64,000 nucleotides of DNA from Ignavibacteriota bacterium (lineage in GTDB: Bacteria; Bacteroidota; Ignavibacteria; UBA10030; UBA6906). Shown piece by piece: positions 38,224-48,427 of this stretch. The notes beneath the pieces were generated by a model. The model did no database searches. It was not told the DNA's origin and worked only from the letters and a program-made list of their open reading frames with translations. The stretch covers positions 1,024,001 through 1,088,000 of the forward strand of contig CAWDEM010000004.1 in assembly GCA_963801355.1 (NCBI GenBank), in the 5' to 3' direction. Each line of letters opens with the position of its first letter. The first letter of the stretch is position 1. The position numbers and the translations under genes were made by a program.

Positions 38224-39210
38224 ATGACCATGGGAACAATCCAGATGCCGGAGAAGATTCACCTGGATGAATCGACCCACTCCTCGACCTTCGGGCGCTT
38301 CATCGTCCAGCCGCTGGAAAAGGGGTTCGGGGTCACCATCGGGAACTCCATGCGACGCGTGCTGCTGTCGTCGCTGCCCGGCTATGCCATCACCGCGTTT
38401 CGCGTCGACGGCGTCGCACATGAGTTTTCCACCATCCCCGGTGTTGTCGAGGATGTGCCGGATTTCGTCCTCAACCTGAAGCAGGTCCGGATGAAGATGG
38501 TCAACAAGAAGGCCAACCGGGTGGTCATCGCCCTGAAGGGTCCGAAAACCTTCACCGCCGGTGATCTGCAACAGGCATCGTCGGACATCGAGATCCTGAA
38601 TCCGGATCTCCCGATCGCCACGCTGAACAGCGATGCCAGTTTCGAGCTGGAGCTCAGAGTCGGCCGGGGTATCGGGTACATGGTCGCGGAAGAGAACAAG
38701 GCACCCGACCAGCCGCTGGGTCTTATCCCGATCGACGCGATCTTCACGCCGATCCGCAATGTGCGGTTCTTTGTGGAGACCACCCGTGTCGGCCAGCAGA
38801 CGGATTACGAGAAGCTGGCCATCGAAGTGGAGACCGACGGATCAATAACGCCGGAAGACGCCATGGCATACGCCGGCAAGATCCTCCGCGACCACATCCA
38901 GCTGTTCATCAACTTCGACGTCGAGCCCGAAGCGCCCAAGGTGGAGTCGGCACAGGACGCGGAGTTCCAGCGCATCCGCAAGGTGCTGATGACTGCCGTG
39001 GACGAACTTGAGCTGTCGGTCCGCTCCCACAACTGCCTCCGCGCGGCGAATATCAAAACCATCGCGGATCTCGTGCGCCGCGACGAAAGCGAGCTCCTGA
39101 AGTTCCGCAACTTCGGCCGCAAATCCCTGGCCGAACTCTCCGAAATCGTGGAGGCGGAGAAGCTCACCTTCGGCATGGATGTGGATAAGTACCTAAAAGA
39201 CACTGAGTGA
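38224..39210 (+). CDS. rpoA: RNA polymerase alpha subunit
   Basis: PLEKGFGVTIGNSMRRVLLSSLPG, LSVRSHNCL, NFGRKSL. Confidence 0.99.
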   Translation: MTMGTIQMPEKIHLDESTHSSTFGRFIVQPLEKGFGVTIGNSMRRVLLSSLPGYAITAFRVDGVAHEFSTIPGVVEDVPDFVLNLKQVRMKMVNKKANRVVIALKGPKTFTAGDLQQASSDIEILNPDLPIATLNSDASFELELRVGRGIGYMVAEENKAPDQPLGLIPIDAIFTPIRNVRFFVETTRVGQQTDYEKLAIEVETDGSITPEDAMAYAGKILRDHIQLFINFDVEPEAPKVESAQDAEFQRIRKVLMTAVDELELSVRSHNCLRAANIKTIADLVRRDESELLKFRNFGRKSLAELSEIVEAEKLTFGMDVDKYLKDTE

Positions 39211-39234
39211 CAGACACCTAAGCGGACGATTATT

Positions 39235-39807
39235 ATGCGACATCGTGTATCAGGCCGGAAATTAAAACGCACCGCAAGCCATCGCCGCGCCACCCTGGGT
39301 GCGCTCGCAACGGCGTTGCTGAAGCACAAACGGATCACCACCACCGTGGCGAAGGCGAAAGAACTTCGCATGGTGGTGGAGAAGATGATCACGCGTGCAA
39401 AACACGCCCGTGCGGCTGATGCCAAGGCCGTGACCGGCGGGGACCGGGCCAAGAAGTTCGTCGAGGCCGGCGGCCATGCGCGCCGCGAAGTCGCCAGGCT
39501 GGTAAAGGACCGTGAAGCGGTGACCGATCTGTTTACCGTGATCGCCGAGAAGGTGGCCACGCGTCCGGGCGGCTATACCCGTATTGTGAAACTCGGTCAA
39601 CGGTATGGTGACGCAGCGGAATTGGCCGTGATCGAGCTGGTGGATTTCAATGCCGCCCAGGAATCGGCGGCAAAGAAGAAGACGGCAAAGAAGACGGCTA
39701 AGGCGGCTGGAAAAGGGTCGCCGAAACGCAAGACGGCCAAAGTCAAAAAAGCTGAAGCCCCCGCAGCTCCGAAAGAGCAGGCGGCGGATGCTTCGGCATC
39801 AGCGTAA
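39235..39807 (+). CDS. rplQ: 50S ribosomal protein L17 with insertion and Lys/Ala tail
   Basis: MRHR..GRKL.RT.SHR, RPGGYTRI. Confidence 0.98.
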   Translation: MRHRVSGRKLKRTASHRRATLGALATALLKHKRITTTVAKAKELRMVVEKMITRAKHARAADAKAVTGGDRAKKFVEAGGHARREVARLVKDREAVTDLFTVIAEKVATRPGGYTRIVKLGQRYGDAAELAVIELVDFNAAQESAAKKKTAKKTAKAAGKGSPKRKTAKVKKAEAPAAPKEQAADASASA

Positions 39808-39831
39808 CATGGCGGCAGTGTCTCCTCGCGT

Positions 39832-40425
39832 ATGAAGATTACCACGGCGGAATTCGTTCTCGGGGCGGTCAACCTCCGCCAGCTTCCCAAAGACGGCCTG
39901 TCAGAAGTGGCCTTCCTCGGCCGCTCCAACGTGGGCAAGTCGTCTTTCATCAACAAGCTGTGCAACCGGAAGTCCCTCGCCCGACCCAGTTCAGAACCGG
40001 GAAAAACCCGCGAAATGAACTACTATGTCATCAACAAACAGTTCTACTTCGTGGACCTCCCCGGCTACGGCTATGCCCGGCTCCCGGAACAGATTCGCTC
40101 CAGCTGGGGAAAGCTGATTGAGCAGTATCTCAAGACCCGCGAGCAGCTCTCCCTCGTCCTCCAGCTCGTGGATGCCCGGCACGAACCGACCGAACTGGAT
40201 ATGATGATGGTCGGTTGGCTTGACTACTACGAAATTCCTTTCCTCGTTGCGCTGACCAAAGCCGACAAGCTCCCGGTGAGCAAGATGCCCCGGTTCGTTG
40301 ACACGGCAAGAGAATCCTTCGCCCGCTTTGCCAACTGCAGAGGTGTTCTGCCGTTCTCCTCGATCACCGGATTGGGCAAAAACGACGTCGTCAAGATCAT
40401 CGGGGAGCACCTGACGAAAGCATAG
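39832..40425 (+). CDS. engB: Ribosome biogenesis GTPase YihA/YsxC
   Basis: GRSNVGKSS, PGKT, DLPGYGYA, TKADK. Confidence 0.97.
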   Translation: MKITTAEFVLGAVNLRQLPKDGLSEVAFLGRSNVGKSSFINKLCNRKSLARPSSEPGKTREMNYYVINKQFYFVDLPGYGYARLPEQIRSSWGKLIEQYLKTREQLSLVLQLVDARHEPTELDMMMVGWLDYYEIPFLVALTKADKLPVSKMPRFVDTARESFARFANCRGVLPFSSITGLGKNDVVKIIGEHLTKA

Positions 40426-40434
40426 CAGTCCTTT

Positions 40435-41562
40435 GTGAAAACACGCCTCTTCACTCCCGGCCCCACACCCGTTCCAGAGCAAGTCCTCCTCCGCATGGCG
40501 GCACCGCTTATTCACCACCGCCATCCCGAATTCCGCGCGATGTTCCATCGCGTAAATGAAAACCTCCGCTACGTGTTCCAGACCACTCAGCCGGTGATGA
40601 CATTGTGCTGTTCCGGCACCGGGGCGATGGAGGCAACGTTCATCAATCTATTTTCGCCGGGGGAGAGTGTGATTGCCGTCAACGGCGGGAAGTTCGGAGA
40701 GCGCTGGGTGCAGATGCCCCGCACGTTCGGGTTGAACGCCATAGAAATCAAAGTGGAGTGGGGCAAAGCGGTCGATGCTGCCCGTGTTGCCGATGCGTTG
40801 CGCGCGCACCCTGAGGCGAAAGCGGTCTATGTGACGCACAGCGAGACATCAACCGGTGCCGTGATTGACCTGGAAGCGATTGCAAAGGCGGTCCGCATGG
40901 AGAGCGACGCATTGATCTGCGTCGATGGCATAACGTCGGTAGGTGCCCACGAGCTCCGGTTTGACGGGTGGGGCATCGATGCGTGCGTCACAGGTTCGCA
41001 AAAAGGTCTGATGATTCCCCCGGGTCTGGCATTTGTGGCGCTCAGCAAACGCGCGATCGCCGCCATGGAACGGTCCACGATGCCCAGATTCTATTTCGAC
41101 CTGCGCCGCGCTCTGAAGGCCCTTGAAACAGATGACACACCTTGGACGCCGGCAATCTCCCTCATTGCCGGGCTCGATACCGCTCTGGAGATGATACGTG
41201 CTGAGGGAATGGAGCGGGTGTGGGAGAGGCATCGACGGTTGGCGACCGCGCTTCGCGCCGGGGTGGCCGCCCTCGGACTGCGGTTGTTTTCAGACACACC
41301 TTCGTATGCAGTGACGCCTATCTGGCTCCCCGAGGGGATAGAGTGGAAGAAGTTTTCGGCCGCTCTTGAGAAAGAGAACGGGATCACGGTTGCCGGGGGG
41401 CAGGGGGAGTTTACCGGGAGGATCTTCCGCATCGCCCACCTTGGGTATTTTGATGAGCTGGACATGGTCGCCGTAGTTGCGGCTCTTGAGAGGGCACTCA
41501 GGACCTGCGGTTACGCATTTCCTGCCGGTGCGGGCGTCGCTGCGGTGCAAATGGCGTTCTGA
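40435..41562 (+). CDS. Class V PLP aminotransferase (alanine-glyoxylate/serine-pyruvate family)
   Basis: LFTPGPTPVP, SGTGAMEA, HSETSTG, VDGITS, TGSQKGLMIPPG, FRIAHLG. Confidence 0.93.
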   Translation: MKTRLFTPGPTPVPEQVLLRMAAPLIHHRHPEFRAMFHRVNENLRYVFQTTQPVMTLCCSGTGAMEATFINLFSPGESVIAVNGGKFGERWVQMPRTFGLNAIEIKVEWGKAVDAARVADALRAHPEAKAVYVTHSETSTGAVIDLEAIAKAVRMESDALICVDGITSVGAHELRFDGWGIDACVTGSQKGLMIPPGLAFVALSKRAIAAMERSTMPRFYFDLRRALKALETDDTPWTPAISLIAGLDTALEMIRAEGMERVWERHRRLATALRAGVAALGLRLFSDTPSYAVTPIWLPEGIEWKKFSAALEKENGITVAGGQGEFTGRIFRIAHLGYFDELDMVAVVAALERALRTCGYAFPAGAGVAAVQMAF

Positions 41563-41616
41563 GCCTATTTTGGCCTAAAGAAAGCGACGAAATGCGCCTG
41601 TTTTGAAATTCAACAC

Positions 41617-41645
41617 TTGACAAACACAAAGGGGGTATTTATATT
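41617..41645 (+). promoter_or_regulatory. Strong sigma70-type promoter of the TBDR operon
   Basis: TTGACA-17 bp-TATATT in an AT-rich region. Confidence 0.75.
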
Positions 41646-41694
41646 AATCACCGCCACTTCTATACATTCCAGAGCTATTCATTAATATCCGACG

Positions 41695-41710
41695 AAGGAG
41701 GTGATTCAGC
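41695..41710 (+). promoter_or_regulatory. Stand-alone extended Shine-Dalgarno-like element
   Basis: AAGGAGGTGATTCAGC vs reverse complement of the conserved 16S 3' end AAGGAGGTGATCCAGC: 15/16, and the mismatch is a G:U pair. Confidence 0.6.
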
Positions 41711-41947
41711 GGGCATACAATTGATACACCTTTTCACCTTTCATTCCATTTGTTCCCCGTGTGCGTGATCGCCAATCATGCAGGGCATCGTTCTGCGAGG
41801 GCCTCGATGAGGTGTCCCTCACGTGTCCGCACTAATCCATCTCTCGTTGCGAGGCGAACAGCGAACGCACGAATGCATGCGCGCGGGGCATTGTGAGTTG
41901 CAGTTACCGCTGTAGATTTTCCAGCCAACACAAAAAGGAGGCACAAT

Positions 41948-44878
41948 ATGCAACGTAAGCTCTTCCTGGCTCTATTCGTCGCGGCCTTCATACCTGCCCT
42001 TGTTTTTGCTTCCGGCAAATTCAGAGGGAAGGTAACGGACGCGGGGACAGGAGAACCTCTTGTGGGAGCAAACGTTGTTGTCGTCGGCACACAGATGGGT
42101 GCGGCGACCAACGTTTCCGGCGAGTTCACAATTCTGAACGTCCCGGCTGGCACCTACACACTCAGGGCAATGTACATTGGGTACCAGGCAATGACGATTT
42201 CCAACCTGCGGGTGAACAACGACCTCACGACGGAAGCGAACTTCCAGATTGCGAGTGAGGGCGTCACGGTCGGGGTCGTGGAAATCGTGGCCCAACGCCC
42301 GTTGGTGAACAAGAGCGCCACAAACGCGGTGCGTATTATCGACAACGAGTTCTTCCAGAAGATTCCTGCCCGCGGCATCAATGCGGCTCTTCAGGCACAA
42401 CCCGGCGTCGTCATCCAGGGCGGCAACGTCTACATTCGTGGCGGCCGCGCAGACGAAGTTGGCTACCGTCTTGAAGGTGTCGGCATCAACGACATCATGT
42501 TCGGCGGGCGCGCTGTGTCTGTGACCGCTGAAGCTGTGGAGCAGATTCAGATACAAGCCGGCGGTTTCAACGCCGAATACGGCGGGGCCAATGCCGGTCT
42601 TGTGCAGGCGCAGCTGCGCACTGGCAACCCGGACAGGTGGAAAGCGACCGTCCTTGCCGAAACAGATAACTGGATGAAGTTGCACAAGGAAAAGAAGCTG
42701 GGTGGATACTCCTACGGTTACGGTGACGTGACAGCAACGATTGGCGGCCCTCTCGGCTCAAACAACATCCGGTTCTTCGGGAGCGGACAGGTTACGTACC
42801 AGGGTGATCCCTCGGTCTCCGTCCGCAGCCCGTACAACTTCACCGGCCCGAACGCCATAGTCACAGAGTCCGCAATTACGGCTGCGCACAGAACCCCAGC
42901 CAGTGATACTCTTGACATTTCACTCCCGGGCGGGAACGCCCTTGGCGGCTACCGGCGCGATATCGTCGGATCCGGTACACTGCTCTTCGACCTCTCCCCG
43001 GTCCAGATCCGCTTGGCGGGATCGTACGGCGTCACAAAGTCCAAAGACCAGACGGTTCTGACAAACCTGTTCAACCAAGACCGCCTCAACATCAACACGG
43101 CGAAGAACGGTTTCGGCAACGTGAAGATCTCACACGTTCTTTCGCCGACCATGTTTTACGAGGCGAACTTCGACTATTACAACAGTACCTACCGCACCGA
43201 AGATCCTGATTTCCTTGACAACGTCTTCGCCTACGGCGATTCCGCTGCGAACGCAGCGCTGGGGTACCAGTTGAGGGGGGCCTCGTTGAACTACAGCCCT
43301 TACTATTTATTTGGTACCGCCTATAGTATCAACCAGCCGGGGACGCAGATTGCGGGGTTTGAGAAGCGCACCCAAACTTCTCTGGGCGGGCGCATTGACT
43401 TCACGTCGCAACTCAAATCGCATGAAGTGAAATTCGGCGGGTCATATCAGCGCTATACGATCCGGCGTTACAGCCCCGGCACGGAGTTGTCGTGGTACCG
43501 CTTAAGAAACGAGGCGACCAGCCAGGACGCGCTGGAGCTCAACCTCATGAAGATCGGCGGCACCGGGACGGACAGCTACGGGTATGACGTGTTCGGGAAC
43601 GAGATCGATGCCGACGTCAACAAGAACGGCGCCCTGTACTACATGGGGCCGCGCAAGCCTGTCTTTGCGGCTGCGTACGTTCAGGACAAAATCGAGTTAT
43701 CGGACATCATCCTGAATCTCGGTCTCCGTTATGACTTCATCAATCCTGACAGTAAGGAAGCGGTGGATCCGGCCGACCTGCAATTTACATCGGCCGATCT
43801 CATCGCCTCGGAAGACATCATTGCGACGGAAAAAACGAACCAGATCAGCCCGAGGATCGGATTTTCGTTCCCCGTGACCGACCGGACGGTCTTCCACGCG
43901 CAATATGGCAAGTTCATCCAGCAAACCCAGCTGCGTGATTCGTATCTCGCTGCTGCAACCATGGCCGGTATCATCAAGGGTGGCTACTTTGTGACGGGTA
44001 CCTGGGGATGGGGCCTGAAGCCCACGCGCACAACACAGTATGAGGCGGGCTTCTCGCAGCAGATTGCTGAATTCGCCTCCTTTGATATCAATGCTTTCTA
44101 CAAAGACATCCAGGATCAGATCGCATGGACGAACGTGGCTCCGGCTGCAGGATCGGGCGGCCAGAATTATGCGGCCCTCGTTAACCGCGATTTCTCGACC
44201 TCCCAAGGTGTGGAGTTCAAGTTCACGATGCGGCGACAGAATCGTATCACCGCATTCCTGAGCTACACATTTTCGAACGTGACGACAACAGGGTCCAACA
44301 CGGCAAGCACCGCAGGTCTCTGGTCTGCCGGTTCTATCGTTTCGCTGCCGCACTACACGTTCCCGGCGGACTGGAACCAAACACATCGTGGCTCGCTGCT
44401 CTTTGACTACCGCTTCGCTAAGGACGACGGCGGTCCGATATTCGAGCAGATGGGGTTGAACCTCATGTTGAACTTCAACAGCGGGCACAACTTCACCCGG
44501 TTGATCGCGACGTCGCGTGGCTCGTCACCGACCGACCCCCGGTTCCGCACACCCGTGGAGCCGATCGGTTCGTCCACGACGCCCTGGTTCTTCCAGCTGG
44601 ATGCGCGCCTGGACAAGACGTTCACTCTGGGGCCGCTTGATCTGAATGTGTTCGTCTATGTTATCAACCTGCTCGGGACGAAAAACCCGGTGAATGGATT
44701 CATGCGGACGGGCGATCCTTCAGACGATGGATGGTTCTCGACGGACGGCGGACGGGCGGATGCGCTTGATTTCGGACAGCAGTATGTCGACTTCTACCGC
44801 GCGGTGTCTCTCGGCGACAACTCTGGCAACTATGGTCCGCCGCGGCAGATCCGGTTTGGCGTGAGACTTGATTACTAA
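41948..44878 (+). CDS. TonB-dependent receptor with N-terminal carboxypeptidase-regulatory-like domain
   Basis: Signal peptide; GKVTDAGTGEPLVGANV; plug IRGGRADEV; FNAEYG; YVQDKIE..LNLGLRYD; ISPRIGFSFP; C-terminal PRQIRFGVRLDY; SD AAGGAGG. Confidence 0.93.
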   Translation: MQRKLFLALFVAAFIPALVFASGKFRGKVTDAGTGEPLVGANVVVVGTQMGAATNVSGEFTILNVPAGTYTLRAMYIGYQAMTISNLRVNNDLTTEANFQIASEGVTVGVVEIVAQRPLVNKSATNAVRIIDNEFFQKIPARGINAALQAQPGVVIQGGNVYIRGGRADEVGYRLEGVGINDIMFGGRAVSVTAEAVEQIQIQAGGFNAEYGGANAGLVQAQLRTGNPDRWKATVLAETDNWMKLHKEKKLGGYSYGYGDVTATIGGPLGSNNIRFFGSGQVTYQGDPSVSVRSPYNFTGPNAIVTESAITAAHRTPASDTLDISLPGGNALGGYRRDIVGSGTLLFDLSPVQIRLAGSYGVTKSKDQTVLTNLFNQDRLNINTAKNGFGNVKISHVLSPTMFYEANFDYYNSTYRTEDPDFLDNVFAYGDSAANAALGYQLRGASLNYSPYYLFGTAYSINQPGTQIAGFEKRTQTSLGGRIDFTSQLKSHEVKFGGSYQRYTIRRYSPGTELSWYRLRNEATSQDALELNLMKIGGTGTDSYGYDVFGNEIDADVNKNGALYYMGPRKPVFAAAYVQDKIELSDIILNLGLRYDFINPDSKEAVDPADLQFTSADLIASEDIIATEKTNQISPRIGFSFPVTDRTVFHAQYGKFIQQTQLRDSYLAAATMAGIIKGGYFVTGTWGWGLKPTRTTQYEAGFSQQIAEFASFDINAFYKDIQDQIAWTNVAPAAGSGGQNYAALVNRDFSTSQGVEFKFTMRRQNRITAFLSYTFSNVTTTGSNTASTAGLWSAGSIVSLPHYTFPADWNQTHRGSLLFDYRFAKDDGGPIFEQMGLNLMLNFNSGHNFTRLIATSRGSSPTDPRFRTPVEPIGSSTTPWFFQLDARLDKTFTLGPLDLNVFVYVINLLGTKNPVNGFMRTGDPSDDGWFSTDGGRADALDFGQQYVDFYRAVSLGDNSGNYGPPRQIRFGVRLDY

Positions 44879-44894
44879 TACTAGGAGCTCTCCG

Positions 44895-47800
44895 ATGATG
44901 AAAATTCCACGTATATGGACAGTGATTCATTCTGTCGCTGTTCTCCTGGCATTTGCGGCTTCCCTTGCGCTGGCGGATCTCCCCGGCAAGAAGCAGGAGG
45001 CGCAGCTGGAGAAGACGAACACGAATGATGTGTACCGTCCGTTCCTGATCAACAACGTCTTCAACTACTACAGCAACAACGGAGACGGATCCTACAACAA
45101 GTTCTCGACGGACAATGAAGGATTCGAATTCTACAAAGGTGGTGGCAAATGCATCATCTTTGAAGACGGCGTTGTGTGGGGCGGCTATCATAAAGGCCGT
45201 GCTACCGCAAAGGTCGGCGGCTCGGTGTACCGCCATGCACTACAGGGCGGCAGGATTCTTACCGCCGGTACTGCGACGACCGACCCAGTGGCGGAAAATC
45301 CAGCGCTTGCGAAGAACCGTATCTTCCGCGTCCGGCCCGATATCGGACCGAAAGTTGACTACGCGAGCGCGGAATCAAAAATCAACAGTGAAGAAGTGGC
45401 GTACATCGGTCGCTATGAGAGCTTTTCGGCCCAGGACATCTACAATCAGTACGTAGCTGACTGGAACGAATGGCCCGCGACCGAAGGTGCACCATACAAA
45501 GATGTGAATGCAGACGGGAAGTACGACCCGACAGAGGACATTCCCGGCCAGCCGGGTTCGGACCAGACGCTCTGGTACGTGTCGAATGACATGGAAGAAT
45601 CCCGCACGCAGAACCTTGCAGGCTGCCCGCCGATAGGGCTGGAAATGCAGCGGACGATCTGGGGCTACAAGCGTTCCGGCGCTCTTGGGAACACCATATT
45701 CATGAGCTCGCTCATTATCAACAAGAGCGGTGCTCCGATTGACAGCATGTACCTGGTGCAGTGGTCGGATCCCGATCTTGGCAACGCGGGTGACGACTTC
45801 GCAGGGTGCGATACTACGCGCAGCCTCGGCTACGTCTACAACGGTGACGCGGTGGACGAGACCTACGGGACAGCTGTCCCTGCGGGCGGATTTGACTTCT
45901 TCCAGGGCCCGGTCATTGCGTCCCCGGGCGATTCGGCAATATTCCGCCTGCAATACCGTTATGGCTACAAGAACATGCCGATGACCAGGTTCGTGTTCTT
46001 CATCTCGACCATTGCAGCCTACTCGGATCCTGATCAAGGCCCGAACGGCGACGTAGAATGGTACCGCCTGATGAATGGAACAGTGGCTAACACCGGCGTC
46101 CCGTTCATAGATCAGGTCACGAACCAGCCGACAAAGTTCTGTCTCGCCGGAGATCCTGTGAAAGCCCAAGACGGTTCCTCGGGCTGGGTTGACGGCATGG
46201 GCGGCATCGTCGCCGCTGACCGTCGTATCTGCCTCGTCACAGGGCCGTTCACGATGGCCGTGGGCGACACACAGGAGCTTGTCGTCGCGAATCTTGCAGG
46301 GGTGGGAGGCGACCGCCTCTCGAGCATCAGTGTGATGCGCGCAATTGACGACAAAGCACAGGCGGCATATAACAACCTGTTCAAGATTCCCGCTCCTCCT
46401 CCGGCCCCGAACGTTGCCGTAGCCGAGCTGGACGGCAAGATCATCCTGAGCTGGGGCGACGCAGTGACCATCGACAAGACAGAAGGCACTGTGGATCAGG
46501 GATTCACATTCCAGGGGTACAACGTCTACGAGTATCCGCCGCCGGTTACGGGCGGAGACCCCATACTCATCGGCACGTATGATCTTGTCGATGAGGTAAA
46601 GGTAATCGTAGACACGGTGTACGATGCCGCGACAGGCCTCAACATGCCGACGGTTCTGCAGAGGGGAACCGATGCCGGCCTCATCCGAACCATGACGTTC
46701 ACGTCGAGCAGGTACACAGGCGGACCTCTCATCAACGGGACGAATTACTACTTCGGTGTGACGGCGTTCAGCTACAACAACAATCCGCCGGCAGCCGCGG
46801 GGACGCACAGCCTCGAAAGCTCGCCGGCTCGCGCTTCGAAGCTCGTCCATCCGCAGTCTGCGGCCCCTGGTGTACGTTTTCGGTGGAGCGGGCGATACCG
46901 TCACGGTGACGCGGACGGCCGGCTCCAGTGACGGGAGCGTGTTCGCGCAGGTGGTCAAGCCGACAGTTCTAACGGGCGCTACCGGGTTGTGTTCGGCACT
47001 TACGGTGGGAAGCGTGTGTGGCATCTGCTCCGTACACTCGGTGGCAGGACCGACACGGTTGCCAGGAACCAGACCGACCAGTCCGGAACGGATCGCCGGC
47101 ACGGTTATCGTTGACGGTATTGCCGTGAAGTCGCAGGTGCGCCGAACGACTCGAAAGAGTCACCGTGGTAGCAACCGCGTCGGGGCCGATCATGCCGCCG
47201 GAGGCTGCTACATTCGATTCAACGCGTCGGGTTTTCCCATTCGTCGACTTCAGGAACTCCGGACGGCACGAGTCAGCAATCCGCCGGAAAAATTCAGACT
47301 GCCTCCCAGGGGTGGACGGTATCCACCGGCATGAATGCTACCACCATGACACCATTATCCGACTTTTTCGTGTCCCGCGTCACGCAGGGTGGTGCTGGCT
47401 GGCCCGATCGTACCGTTTGACTTTGAGGTCCGTTTCACGGCTGCCGGCGGAAGGCCCTGCTCGCCGGAGCGTTTACAGGTCTACCCGACAAGATTGTCGA
47501 CGTGCCGTTTGAACTCTGGAACATTGGGATCAACACCCCGACCAACACGGCGGATGACTATCGGCTGTTCCCGTACATTCTCGACGTGGACGGCAACAAC
47601 CAGTTCAATCTGCTGGCGAAGGCCGGGACAGACACTGTTGACCTTGGAGGTGGCGGTGCCACCCACTCAGTCTCCGGTGGAGCCAATGATCCCTTTACGG
47701 ATTGGATCTACTGGGTGAGACCGGTCAACAAGGCCCCGGGCCAGGCTGGTTACGATGCGATCGTCGCGGGACTACGGCTACGATCGGTGCGGGCGGGGAT

Positions 47801-48339
47801 CCATATCTCGGTCCCGCGACGGCCGGTGACGTGATGCGTCGCATGGTCATCGTGGGCTGGAATATCGGCGGTGTCGCTACCGGCCCGGGCAGCTGCCGAT
47901 GACGATGCCCGAAGCCGGGACGACGTTCCGCATCATTTCGACGAAGCCAAACACACCAGCAGATGTATTCACGTTCACGGCACCGGCCGTGTCGGTCGAC
48001 AACGACCTCGCGAAGCAGGATGTGGCGCTGATCAATGTGTACCCGAACCCGTATCTCGGTTTCAATCCGCAGGAAATCAACCGGTATGCGCGTTTCGTCA
48101 CATTCAATCATCTGCCGCAGAAAGCTACTATCCGCATATTCAACCTTGCGGGTGTTCTGGTCCGCACGCTCGTGAAAGATGATGCCACACAGTTCGCGCA
48201 GTGGGATCTTAACAACAGTGCCGATTTCCCCGTTTCTGCAGGTATGTACGTTGCGTATATCGACCTGCCGGACCTCGGCACTACCAAGATCCTGAAACTG
48301 GGTATAATTCCGGAACAACAGTATCTCGATCGCTGGTAA
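44895..48339 (+). CDS. Large secreted protein (~1150 aa) with FN3-like and T9SS type-A-like C-terminal domain; reading frame broken by many indels at ~46880-47900
   Basis: Signal peptide; DVNADGKYD Ca-binding-like loop; PPPAPNV..IILSW and YYFGVTAF (FN3-like); C-terminal VYPNPY..FNHLP..IRIFNLAGVLVRTL..WDL..GMY..KL; protein-like text continues across frames in the broken part. Confidence 0.75.
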
Positions 48340-48356
48340 GACTCCACGCCTGTCCA

Positions 48357-48378
48357 CAACCCGTCACACGACGGGTTG
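48357..48378 (+). other. Intergenic hairpin (mRNA stabiliser or attenuator)
   Basis: CAACCCGTC-ACAC-GACGGGTTG, no U-tract. Confidence 0.55.
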
Positions 48379-48427
48379 GGACGGGAATTATCTTGAACGC
48401 GAAATCGGAATGTTAAGGAGATTTTCT

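Noticed and set aside
41695-41710. 16S rRNA gene fragment on the minus strand
   Set aside because: Match stops after 16 nt and the flanks are not rRNA-like; treated as an SD-like element instead.
41650-41947. TPP or cobalamin riboswitch upstream of the TBDR
   Set aside because: Diagnostic motifs (CTGAGA...ACCTGA; GGGAA...B12 box) were not found by eye.
45375-47102. 575-aa minus-strand ORF
   Set aside because: Antisense shadow of the secreted protein; no domain features.
46877-47900. Programmed frameshifting or diversity-generating retroelement target
   Set aside because: Too many mixed indels for recoding; no reverse transcriptase or TR/VR repeat pair in the window.
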